A DNA stretch of 62,608 bases, counting the filler, from Choristocarpus tenellus KU-1152 (taxonomy: Eukaryota; Protista; Phaeophyceae), in NCBI GenBank assembly GCA_964200185.2. It is 9 parts of 9 records of this genome, joined end to end, with 100 filler letters (N's around TTAATTAATTAA, not from the genome) between each part and the next. Parts side by side here need not be neighbours in the genome. Positions count along the whole stretch, not along the records: positions 44,824 to 48,344 come from CAXNAD020019473.1; positions 48,445 to 56,138 come from CAXNAD020005742.1; positions 56,239 to 62,608 come from CAXNAD020008286.1; 6 more parts are not named here. One strand, given 5' to 3'. The notes below the pieces were generated by a model. It was not told the DNA's origin and did no database searches. It saw nothing but the letters and a program-made list of their open reading frames with translations. The translations under genes were made by a program, and so were the position numbers. Shown piece after piece: positions 47,249 to 59,604 of the stretch (position 1 is the stretch's first letter; every line of letters starts with the position of its first letter).

Positions 47249-48444
47249 ACACAACAACCTCTCTCCACCAACTTGTAGTCCCAGTGCTTAAATGAGGTCC
47301 CGACAATAAAATAGAGTGTATATTCCCCAGTCAAAGACGCCTAAGTTGAGCATCCCCTTTGTGCATAGTGCAACACTACTGCAAAATACATGGCAATAAA
47401 GTAAGACCCAGCTCTGAGGACTCTAGCTTGAGGGAGAGATTCCACTGCAAATTACCTACAATTATTACTCTATAATTTTATATCAATACTTCTCATCATT
47501 GTGTTCAGGCGTTCGACATTACCCGTCTCTTTCTACCTTCTCCCTTCGATCGTATCCTGGACCCTCCAACTGGTGATCCAATCATTTTGAAACTGCTAAT
47601 GACCATCCATGGACTAGCCCTGTCAGAAGCATTTTAATCATCATGGTTGACCTGGCAAGATGAAATATTATTAATACTTAGACACATATCCCCGCCATTC
47701 AACACATGTCAGACCGAGTCACCCCAACTATAAATGGTCTACAATAATTGTGGGTTCATTTTCTCCATCATGGGTTCACAAATCCAGACGATAGCAACAG
47801 GATTAGTGTATGGTGTGAGAGGGCGAGGAACTTGAAGTTGAAGGGCCGGTCTATTGTGTTTTTGAATTGGATGCCAGTGGTGAGTTCTATGTCGGCTAAA
47901 TGAACAAATGTTTTAGGCTGTTACAAATAAAGAAGAATGTTCAACTCAACGGGATTCGAGACCAGACCAGTATTGTTGTACAAGTAAACCACCGTTAGCT
48001 AGTTCATGTTCGGACCAATATCGATCGTACACGCCCTGGACAATTTGTCCCATCAATCTGTTCCTAATCAACCGAAACACGGGAAGCCTGAAGTACATGG
48101 TAAGGCCTAGTTGTTGGACCGATGTTGAGGCGGGTCCAGCACTAGATTCGAGGGAGTAGGTGGAGCGATGAGCGAGAAGATGGTCGGATCCAACGTGAGC
48201 AAGTGATGGACGCAGGCAGTGCAATTTGTCGTAGTAGTGAAACAACAGTCAGTTACACTCGATAGTAGTACAGTGTTTAGTACCTCTAACCCATATGCAG
48301 GTGTAAATAACCAGACTAGGGGTCAAAGTATCTGAGGGGGGGGTNNNNNNNNNNNNNNNNNNNNNNNNNNNNNNNNNNNNNNNNNNNNTTAATTAATTAA
48401 NNNNNNNNNNNNNNNNNNNNNNNNNNNNNNNNNNNNNNNNNNNN

Positions 48445-51400
48445 CCACCCCCATCCCTGGCATCTCCACCCCCAGCAGCTCACTCAACGCTTTTGTCCCA
48501 TCAGTATCACCCCCACTCCCCTGTCCTCGAGCAGTGGCAACTGCATCAAACCCCTTGTCTACGGCAGCAAGGGGACCCCCCACACCAGGCACCCCAGGGT
48601 TTCTCAATATCTTTGAGGCGGTTGCTAGATCATCCTCCAGCCTCTCTATCACTGTCTGGCGTTCAGCTGCAAGTGCCACAGAAGAGGAAACAGAATTACG
48701 TAGTTTTTCTGCCTCCAGATGGCTCTCTGCAGCAAGTCGCCTAGCTGACGTTAAGTCTGCTTCCAGCCGTCGGACTCGACTTCGGATAACCTTTCAGGGG
48801 TAACGATTAGGGTGATGTTTGGAGGGAGGGAGGAGAGATGATGTAAGGGTAAGGCGGACATATGGATGGAAGGCAGACCTTGTTTAGTCATCATTTCCTC
48901 CTTTCAAACCTATGGAGTACATTCACTCCTTGAGGTTCACGCACTTCCCCTGGAAACAGGCTATTCCCCAGGATCCCACTATATCCCCAGACTCTCAACA
49001 TCAAAGATACAAGAAGACGAAAAAAGGCAAGATGAGAAGGAAACTACAGGCCAAACACAGGGCACAAAAATAACTATGTTGGGTGAAAACCCCCATCATA
49101 TAACATTACAGCTGAAGTACAAACCTACACACACACACACACACACCCTTTTCTCTCCTTCCAACCCCCAAACATATTGGTTCCCCCCACCCCCTCCCAA
49201 ACCCCTACCCACTCACTGCTCCAAAATACCGTGCCATACAACAACATATTCAACATGACACAAGAACGCTGCAGTGACCTTAACACTACCCTGCACCCTC
49301 CCTTCACTATGGTACCACACCTGCTCCATGGTCCTTTCAGCATGCCTTGCTGTATCCTCAGGATCTGCGCCGCCGTGGGGCTCTTCCGCTGTCAGCAACG
49401 CCTCTGCTCCATCCCCGCCATCCAACTCCACCTGAAACCCGTCATCACTGCAATGAGTATAATGGATCCCCCCCAGGTGGATCTTACGTGTATGGATATC
49501 TTAGCTATTCAGGTATCATAAAGATAATATACAAAAAAAAAAAATGTATGGCGCGTAAAAAAACAAACACGCCACCACAGTTAGGGAGGCACAATGCCAC
49601 CAGAAGATTCTGGGTGTGTCCACATGCTTCTCTGTGTCTTCGGGACAGAAAGGAGAAATAGAGTCAATGAACACTAGCTAGCACCACACGCCTCAGTTTC
49701 AACCACCAGCTGAAAAAAGAGATGGAGGATAAAACAGGACATTGTACTAATGAATAGCTTCAACATCATTGGCATAAATTGACTTGGGCCAATCAATCAC
49801 TGTCTGCATGATGCAATTCACTTGCACAACAGTCATGTCGGGAAGTCTTCGTCAGTTATGTTCACCTTTATGCCCCACTTACACTTCTATTTCAAGCAGG
49901 GAAAAAAAATTCACACCCCTAACTGTGGTCAGTAAACGCATTAACCACATCTTAACACAAAGAAGGGGAGGAACTAAGTCAGGAACAGGCAGAAAACTGA
50001 TTGCGATAAATGCATCAAATGACTCTAAATTGGGGCCCAAATGTGTGGAAAATGACAAAAATAAATAAATGAGAGGGATCATCAATTAGCAGAGCAAAGC
50101 AGGGTCAGAGTGAATATCCTGACCATTAACACAAACTTGTGCACAGCACTCCCTCATCAGCACTAACAAAGCTGCCAGCCTAATTATAGGAACCCTGATG
50201 AGCTCATCACACAATCCTCCATGAAACACACCCTCATGTTCCCCAGCGCCCAACCGACCCCCTGCATGTATCAAGATACTCTCTACCTGCAGCAGCAAAC
50301 TAGAGGTTACCAATACCCTCTCCAAGCCCTCCCCAGACAATACTCCCCCCCCCCAGCCTGCCCCCAGTTTCACCCAGCATTTGCATTGTTACCTCATCTC
50401 CAGCATTGAACTCCAGCTGCTGAAGCATCCTCACTTGGCGTCGGAGGGACCTAGCCTCTTCCACAGTTGGCCTAACTTTAAGTTCCTCCTTGAGAAGCCC
50501 TAGTGAGGTGGACGAAGCCTTTGAAGATTCCTATAAAAGCAGGTAATCGGCCAAACAAATATTAGCAATTGATAGTGCAACCAACATACATGCCAGCAGA
50601 AGAGCTGTGAGTGAAAGGGGGGGGGGGGGGGAGGGGGGGGGGTTGTAACACCTGCATTGTTTCATTAGTATATTTAACACAGAACGACATTGATACAAGG
50701 ATGCCATACTCATGCCTTCAAAGGGAAGAATCTCTAAGCGTGCTCCAGAAGGCCAAGAACAAACACATTTTTATAATGGTATATCAGGTGCTGCAAGAAA
50801 AGTTTCCAAACTACTGCTGTAGTATATGAACAAACAGATATTACTCCTAAGCATTAAATATCGTACTTCAAACCAGAAATTCTTGCAAATTTCATTCTGG
50901 TATCAGTACTGACTGCACACAGCTACCAACTTACATTAGTATCCACCAAACTGACACTACAAAACAAGTCATCCTCCTGTGGCAATTAGAGGCGACTAAG
51001 CAATATGCTTATTGCCAACAACACAATTATCAGCAATACTGAAAGAGAGGTGTTTTCTCACATTCACGCCTCATCTATTGCAAGGATTAAACAACAACGT
51101 GGGCATATCCCTACCAATATTCTGATACACACAATACCCAGGGACTTTGGGAGGATGGTGGAGACAGCACGCATCCAAAGTGTGTCCTTCAAGAAAGCAA
51201 TTCTACTCCCATCAAAATCTCTGTTCATAGATAGTGCTATTGATATACCATAGATATCACTGGTGGAATAGATAAAATAGGAGGTAAAGCCAGTTATGTG
51301 ATCCCACTTTAGTTCTACCCACAGATCAACTATTGTTTGGCCCTGGTATTGGATGTGTCACACAGCCCATGAGATTCATTGATAGTGTTCTTTTCTTGTC

Positions 51401-54400
51401 ACCCATGTGGACATTGCAAATCCCACATAGTAACCTGTACCCATCCCACCCCAGTTGTGCAGTCAATGGAAGAGGTTGCACTGAGTTATACATTACCCTC
51501 CATCAATGCACGCTACAGATCTTATTCACTGTGGTGTATGGAGCATAGTATATGGCTTGGTGTGATTCTATATATATAGTAGTGTTTCAAGGTGTTCCAC
51601 TCTCTTCTATTGACTGCACAAGTGGGGAGAGATGTGTACAGGCTACCATGTGGGATTTGCAATGTCCACAAAAAAAGAACACTATTACTAAATCTCATGT
51701 ACCATGTGGCACATCCAATTCCAGAGTCCAACAACAGTTGTCCATCGGAAGAACGAAACTGGGATCACATAACTGGCTCTACCTCCCAATTATCTATTCT
51801 ACCAGTGACATCTACAGTGCATCAGCAGCACTCTTTACTGGCACTCTCCCTTACTTAACAGACACTATGTACCATCATATCAAGGAACACAACTGGTCAA
51901 AGATGCCAACTATCAGATGCATAAACAATCCAAACACAACCTATCCGTAGATCCGTAACTGACTCTACCACCGATTGCCAACTTCACCAGTGGTGTTTAC
52001 AGTGTATCACGACCACCATCTACGGATATTCAATCACATTCACAAAGACACATCAAAAACTCCTAGCTCAGCCTACAACTTGGGTTACTCCCCTTTGCCT
52101 CCCTGCCCCTAAGGATCCCTGAGAAATAGTCTACATAAAACTCATGCAGAAACTATCAGTAGTCACCTCTGCCATCCGAATCCTTCCTTCCAGACCCTCC
52201 CGCTCTACTCTCCAGCCTGCTTCCCTCGAAGCCAATTCTCCTCTTAGCTGAGAGTTCAACCTTGAGAGTTCACCAAGCTCCGCATCCACCGCCTCTGCGT
52301 GCGACAAGCCCTGCATGCCAAGTCCACCTGTAAACTGCCTCCCCTCCTCCCCATCACCTCCTGTGGGGGCATGGGCACCAGCCTCTAGCCTCTGCACACG
52401 CCTTCGCAGCTCTTGGGACTCCCGTTCGAGTCGCATATTTTGCGCCTGAGGGGATCAAAAGCAGCAATACATACATACATATCTAAGAGAGAGCAAGTGT
52501 CATGGAGGCTGACGGATTGATGCACCGTTATAAGGGATGTGAGCTGACAAAAAAGCAGGGGGTAGAAGCAAAGCGGGACTGGTTGGGGCAAGGGAGTGAT
52601 TCAAGCAAAAACTGAAAGGGGTGAAGGGGAGGTATGAGGGGCAAGCAGAACAGAGCCAATGTGCAGAGGTTGCTGTGGGCACTAGACACCACAAGACAAG
52701 AAGATGGGGAGGAGGTGTGGGGGTGAGGGCACAGGAGTGAGCATAGTCAATTCTATCCTCCTCTTACCCTATGATGAGATTTTCATCCATGAACTATCAT
52801 TGGAAAGGGGGCTTGCCTGACAAAAATGTAGACATCACACACACCTCTTTCACCATTATATCTTCACCTAAAACACAGGTTCTCACTTCTGTAGTTTATA
52901 TTTCAAATACAACCCTATACCCACAAAAAACATTACAGATGACAACCATCTAGGAGGACCAACCAAACCAACCACAAAAACACTTCAAACATAACCACCC
53001 CACCACCTCCCTGTTGGTCCCACCACCTTGCTGCACACACTACTAATTGACTTCACACTACCTAATTCCAACCCCCCCACCCCCACCCCTCACGCATAAC
53101 CTCCTCCTCCACCAACAAACTCCTTCTACAGCTACTGTTCATTTCTCAACCTTTACATACTCGTGGATCATCTAGGGTCTGCCTCGGATCAACCCCCATT
53201 AATCACACCTGGGCACTGTCACTGGCTTGAGACAGGATCTCTCTCTCTGACTCCCAGGCTGCCTCTGCCTCCTGCGCCTGTCGATTGGCCTCAAACACCT
53301 GTCCCTGTGCCCTATCTGCGGCTGACCTGGCCTCTGACAACGCTTCTGAAGCAACCCGGAGGCTGAGAGAAGGTGAAAATCAGTTGGGGGAGGGGGGAGA
53401 GGGTCAGACGGGAAGAGCTGCTTTGTGTGTTGTAATCAGCTCTCTGGGCTGTGCTAGGTTGTATTGGTGAAATATGATTTGAAGCTAGCATCGGCTCTTG
53501 TTGTACAGGGTTGAGGGCGATGGGACAGGGTTGGTTGTGTTTACATTGCTACAGACATGGGGCCACAAAGGAGAGAAGAGGAAGTGATGAAAAAAAAAAA
53601 GGGACTGAAACATGAAATACCTTCTCAAGAGAGTCAAAGAGCAGTTAATCAAGGAGGGCTGTGTGATCTCAATGGGTTACTGAGCGGAGTTCTAGAGGAC
53701 ACCTAAGGCGTTGGTAGGTAAGGGGAGAAAGTTTCCGTACTTTCACGATGGCAGAGCCTTGTCATAAAATATTACATCACATGTACAAGAGCATCAGATA
53801 TGTAAAGAGGAAGCAGAAAATATTCAACTCGCTCTCCTCTCCTCACAAGAAGCGGTGCAAGCCAACACTCAACTCGAAACAAGGGAAAAGGGGGGACAAC
53901 ACTTCCACCTTTGTTCCAGCTGCACCTCCCTTTCCTGTGCCTCTTGCACGCTTGCATTTGCAGCCTGACAGCCAAGTCAGGTCGCAGGTGGGTAGGAAAT
54001 GACAAGAGTTAGGCAGGGGGCCCTGCAGCAGTGGAGTGAAGGTGAATGCGGACACAAACGATCGGATATTTCCATATTCTCCGACAGCAGGTAGGTTTTT
54101 AAATGCCAACATGATAAACGGAATGTGATTCCCTGACCTAAGAACACGCACCCATCCCTTCCTCAAATAAGACCAGGTCCTGTTGACAGAGACAATCTTC
54201 AATATTCATCGTTAACGAATGTAAAGCACTCACATGCAAACAAGGCAAAAAAGTCACTCCAAGGGAGTAAAAAAGGCTGGAATCATGGGATCTATCACAC
54301 ACTTCACCTGAGTGTCAAAGCATAATGGAACAAACCTATCTCCTACAAGCCAATCATCTCAGGTTCACAACTATTCAATGTCTCTATTCACCTCTTCTAG

Positions 54401-56053
54401 CTCTGCAGCCCTGACCTCAACCACCTTAGCCACAGCCTCCTCCACTCCCTCCCTCAAAGTGGAGATCTCATCCTCCAGCCGTCGGATTGTGATGTCCTGC
54501 ACCAACATCACCATTTGCACATGCACTGATTCAATGATATACCAACAAACATCTTACGACACAGTAGTCCTAAGTTAAAACAGCAAAACCCATAAATATT
54601 GCAAAAGTGAACACGCACCCACACATCAAGGTGTTTTTGGATACAAAAAAAAGAACGCCTTTTTACGCATGTTTTTGTTTTTGTGTTGTAAGAGATACTC
54701 ACAACAAGTTTTGGGGAAGAGATGATATTGCTACTACTCCTTTTGCCACCAAAAGCGCATCTCCACATAAACGCCTGATCATTGTTTGCTCATGGAAATT
54801 TTGCACCAAGGAAAGCGCATGTGCAGTGCGAATGAGCCAATTGTTCCTGCAGACTCTACTCCATGTAATATCTAAGAGACGTCGTTCTAGAGGGGACAAA
54901 TGCTTGCATTATACCATATACATGGTCTTTGAAGTACCCTCACTCAATCAGAATTTCACCTGCGCACAGTAGATCTCCCTCTAATGTCACACACACACAC
55001 CCCCATATGTGCTAACTAGAACACACACAAGCATGTACAAATACAGCACATTAAGCACAATTTAAACACAAATGCTATTAATAAACACACCTGGTTCTTG
55101 AGTTGACTGAACTCTCGCTCATACTCTGACAGCTCAGCCTGCAGCTTCTCCACCTCCATCTGAAGCAGATGCACACAAAGTGAAAAATGATCGCAATCAA
55201 TAAAATAAATGAAGTGATCGAATTTCTATATATGCAGTTCAAAAATAAAACACGCAGCCACAAAATAGTCTACGTTGACTCAAGGCATATCATTCATAGT
55301 GGCACACAGACAGTAACCCCTATAGCATTTCAGGGCCAACAAGAGGGTTGGGTTTTGAGGGGTTCCATGTGGGCTCATGAGTTGCCTTCTGTACAGGCTT
55401 GAATGTTCGTCTGATACCATTCCTGGACACATCATAATGGGATGGGCAGGGAGGGAGGGAACGCTTTGCCAGATGTACATCACTTTTATACCTTGTAGTC
55501 AGTGACTACTACCCTGCCCAAACCAAAGTAGTAAATACAGTCTGGATTGAGTCAGCTAATGCTTTCTGGTCAATCCCACCACTGCTCTTGTCCCCTCCTT
55601 AATATAGGCCAAAGTTGGGAAAAAAAGAGGTGGGACAAGCATATCACCACTTCGTCACAGAAAAAAAATTGATCCCATTTCGCTGAATGTGGTATGCGTG
55701 ACAACAGAGTAGGAGCTTTCCCACCTTTCACTAGAGAGAGCAGTCAAGCAACAATAGCAACATCGTACATTTCTATCTGCAGCCGTTGAGTTTTGAGACA
55801 ATTTTCCAACCAATGAGAGTTTTAAATCTTGTCTCCAAGGAAAACATTGAATAACACCTCAGATGCGACAGCCCTGGGTCTCTCTGTAATGGCCCTCTCC
55901 AGTGCAGCTGCAGGGTCAGGCGCCTCGTACAGGGACTTGTACAGGGAGAAAAAAGCGCTATCAGAGGATCGGCACCTTTTTGTTAGGGAATCTATTTCCT
56001 CTTGGTATCCCTTCACCAGGTGCTGAACATCAGAAAGCTTGTCTACATCAGAC
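48445..56053 (-). CDS. CASP: Golgin CASP (CUX1 alternatively spliced product / COY1 family), internal part; exons 56053-55858, 55159-55091, 54496-54392, 53964-53909, 53362-53209, 52445-52167, 50530-50393, 49431-49321, 48790-48445
   Basis: Phase-consistent exons. Family motifs KGYQEEIDSLTKR..SAFFSLYKSLYEAPDP, EFSQLKNQDITIRRLE, LRRQVRMLQQLEFN, RRLEADLT and IERLEDDL. Coiled-coil throughout. Confidence 0.9.
51251..51813. mobile_element. Foldback element / long inverted repeat in a CASP intron (~230-bp arms, ~100-bp spacer)
   Basis: 51251-51485 is an imperfect reverse complement of 51590-51813, e.g. GTGGACATTGCAAATCCCACAT / ATGTGGGATTTGCAATGTCCAC. Confidence 0.85.
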
Positions 56054-56072
56054 CTGGACTCCATACCCAGGG

Positions 56073-56104
<32 letters not shown>

Positions 56105-56238
56105 AAACAAAAACACAACAACCAAACATAAAAAAACANNNNNNNNNNNNNNNNNNNNNNNNNNNNNNNNNNNNNNNNNNNNTTAATTAATTAANNNNNN
56201 NNNNNNNNNNNNNNNNNNNNNNNNNNNNNNNNNNNNNN

Positions 56239-56491
56239 TATCTTAGAGGGTAGAGCCGCGTCCATTTGGGGGTCAAAATCTAATGTTGTGATTTTGATGT
56301 AATTTTGGCTATCGTGTTTGTTAGGAAGTGTCAATAATATCTATGTTTCGGACACACCTTTTCATAACACATAAATTTTACCTACTCCTAAACATTTTGG
56401 AGCAGAAAAAAGTCATTAAAAAACCCATGGGAAGCCAAGCCTCAAATGGACAAACACGGCAAAACTCATACCCTCTAAGATACTTTCACTC
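56239..56491. mobile_element. MITE family A copy, left tip in gap
   Basis: TATCTTAGAGGGTAGAG ... TACCCTCTAAGATACTTTCACTC. Confidence 0.85.
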
Positions 56492-56701
56492 TCATGGATT
56501 TGCCAGTAGGTGGTTGCAATAGGAGGTGGATATGATAACTTAGGTGACTGACTAGCCGGCTTGGGACTAGAGATGGAGATTCCATCAATCACACACCCTT
56601 GACCATAGAGAGGCAAAAGAGTCTAAGAAACAGCTGGTAACCCTCTACCACCACATCCCTCTTCAACTCGTAGATTGCTCATCTATTTTGAGACAAGCAA
56701 A

Positions 56702-56857
56702 TGCTCAAAGTATCCGGGGGGGGGTGGCAGCTGTCCATTTGGGGCCAATTTTGTCGATGTCATGATTTTTGGGTGATTTGGTTGCATACGTTGGATGGAT
56801 AATATAAGTGCACTTTTCCTGGTTATGACCCAAATGGACACCCAGATACTTTGGGTC
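56702..56857. mobile_element. MITE family B copy, TSD AAA
   Basis: TGCTCAAAGTATCCGGG ... CCCAGATACTTTGGGTC, flanked by aaa/aaa. Confidence 0.8.
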
Positions 56858-57047
56858 AAAGTAACCAAGGATTGGATCATTCTTGCCTTGCAAACAGTAT
56901 ATTACGCTTCCTATAGTTGGAGGGTCTAGTGTTCTCGTTGTTGGCAATACATGCAATCGCATGAATGACGGCACTTCTTCTTCTCTCTTCCCTCACCACA
57001 ACCCCTCCCATTGTTTGCCCGGATGATGACCTCTATTTGTTGGTCAG

Positions 57048-57182
57048 GAGAGGGAGAAGAAGGTGCTCCTGTTACCGTGCAAGCACATTTGTGTGTGTAC
57101 TGAGTGTTCAATTCACGGGGACCTGACATCATGCCCACTATGTCGAGGAGCCATCACGAGCAAGTTCGAAGTTTTTTTTTGA
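57048..57182 (+). CDS. Terminal exon of a C-terminal RING-HC (zf-C3HC4_3, IAP/BOI-type) E3 ligase
   Basis: After a CAG acceptor: EREKKVLLLPCKHICVCTECSIHGDLTSCPLCRGAITSKFEVFF*. The first CxxC pair must lie in an upstream exon that I did not locate. Confidence 0.85.
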   Translation, partial: EREKKVLLLPCKHICVCTECSIHGDLTSCPLCRGAITSKFEVFF

Positions 57183-58303
57183 TCCTGTCTGCAACTAGTC
57201 AATAAGTGTTACTCTGTGGCAAGAGTTAGAGAAGGAAAGAGGAGGATGGTCTTTATTTCAGAGAATGGAGAAGGGTGGTTGGTCTTTGGAGGATGGGATT
57301 TGGAATGCTGCATACGTTCTCAGCTTGAACAGCGTCAAGTATTAAGGCTGATAACCTGTGTTTGCTTTTGCAGCTGTTATCATCGAATGATTACTGGGTC
57401 TGTCCTGCTGGCATACGCAGACTTCGCTGATAAAGCAGAACGTGATGGGCCCAAGCCTAGCACACTGCCAGGTTCCCTTGCCCCACCTCCTATGCCAGAG
57501 AAATTGTTGTACTAACAGTGAAAGAAGTAGTGTACATTGCTGTATCTGAATATACTGCGTGTGTTTTACCTGCTTTGTCATGGCTGTTGGTAGTTGTTCT
57601 TATTGTTGTGCCGTGTTTAGGTCATGCATGTCATATACCACACATGGTGTGTTCGTACGTCAAATGCAAAAAATGACAACGTGATTCACATGTGATGGCT
57701 GTTGGTCTTTGTTTCGATTGTTGTACCAGGTAAGTCACGTGCATTGTATACTGGACAAGGCGCGTTTGTCCGTTGCGTGAAGATAGATGGCAGCGCAGTT
57801 CGTGTTTAGAATGATGTTTCCTGCTGCATTTTTGTTTAATATTATCATGCTGCACATGGAAGTAGTATATCATGCTCTATGAACAAAAATGATACACCCA
57901 ACGTAAATGCCGTGAACAAGGAGCTAAGTTTACAGACGGGTGAATCGTTGCTTGAAGAATGCGAATCTCAAGAGATGATGCCTTAGCAAAGAGTAACGGG
58001 CATTATCTCTTCTAGAAGAGGTGTGCAGTAGGCTCTGCGTGTAGATTTTGATATAATCCAACGCTAGGGGTTTCATCACGGTTCCGTTCTTTGTACACCT
58101 TTGCCTGTTGAGGACCAACTGTGATCCTTTGTTTCCCCCATCCCTACGATGCAAGCTTCCATCTATTCTCCATTGTCATCATCATGATGTATGGAGATTG
58201 CTGAAGCTCTGTGACTTGCTGCTATGTGTGGAAGGCAAGTCAAAACTACATAGTACAACACAGGAATACCCGAAGTGTTTAGCAGTAATGTCACGAATGT
58301 TCT

Positions 58304-58564
58304 GAGTGGAAGTAAACGAGAGGTACCCAGAGTTGCATCTTAGGGATGCTGACAAAAATGTCCAAAATTCGACATTAACTACAACTGTGTATAGGATATT
58401 TCCTGAATTTGTGTTGGAAACGTTTCACAAATAATTGAGAAATAATGATCTCAAGTGAAACTTAGAACTTTGCCCGTAGAGATAAGGGTGAATTGCAAGA
58501 GATTCATAACAGACTTCAAATGGAAAACGACCAAAACCAGGGTACCACTCGTTTACTTCAGCTC
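58304..58564. mobile_element. MITE family C copy, TSD TCT
   Basis: GAGTGGAAGTAAACGAG ... CTCGTTTACTTCAGCTC, flanked by tct/tct. Confidence 0.75.
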
Positions 58565-59321
58565 TCTCCTATGTGCAAGATACAATTTTCGAGTGAAAAC
58601 TGACTTGCTGCTAACTATGTACTCTCTGCGTTTGGTTCATCCCATGATAGGCTCAAGTATTGCATGCTTTATCATGAGTGGCATAATTTGGTTTACCCTA
58701 TGGTTCTTTGTGGGGCGTTTCTTTGGGATATGACTGTCAAGCCCTGCATTACAATCAGATGGGGATTGGGGCGTTGCTCCTGTTGTTGTATGTGCTATAG
58801 CAACTCTGCAAGACTGAGAGGAACTTCATGCTACTGTACAAAGTTGCGTAGCAAGCGCATCCTAACCTGGTCGGCCTAGCACAGATCTAATCCTGACTCT
58901 GATAATACCTGAAGTGACTAATGTCGAGAAAAAATGTTCAACCACATACTAAGTGTCTTCATTTAACCCCACATACATTTCCAGTAGATAAGGAATCACT
59001 TGACGCAAAAGAAAGATTGGTGAGATATTATCCTCATAGACCCGAATTAACCACTCTTAAATCACAATTGTTGACTTCATCCTTCTGGGCACAAGGATTG
59101 GCGATTTTTATGGGGTGACATGTATTTGGGGCATTTTAGACCTCGCCATTCCCATGGCTGAGATGCAGCTAATAAGCCCTCTTGGGAGGCTGTGGATGCA
59201 GAAGAGAAGATGAACACTCTTCTACTTAACAAGCAGGAAGCCGCCCTCTACAGTATTGTAAGTACATGTATACCAGTAGGCAGTCACATGGAACCCAAAC
59301 ACCAAAATGATACCTCCCTTT

Positions 59322-59604
59322 TGTTGAAAAGCTTGGCGCACATAAGGCTCGTCGCCGGAAGCTAGCAGTTGAATTACATGGTAAAGCACATACTGAATTA
59401 TTAATTTTCCGCAAGGTGTTTGTTGTCCACTTGATGCTATTGTCCCACTATACCATTTGTAATATCCCATTGACCCATCATAATATACCGCTGTGTACGT
59501 TACTACCTTGTATTGTACTAAAATAAAGATCAACGTACATATAAGCTATGTTGTTTACTTGGATCAGCACAGATAACGTAAGGATAACACCAGGTTATTC
59601 GACA
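59322..59604 (-). repeat. 3' LTR of the copia element (283 bp)
   Basis: Minus strand TGTCGAA...TTCAACA directly after the PPT; homologous to 62424-62535. Confidence 0.8.

Noticed and set aside
57421-57515. Candidate terminal exon (DFADKAERDG...EKLLY*)
   Set aside because: It lies just downstream of the RING stop codon and is probably 3' UTR; no supporting homology.
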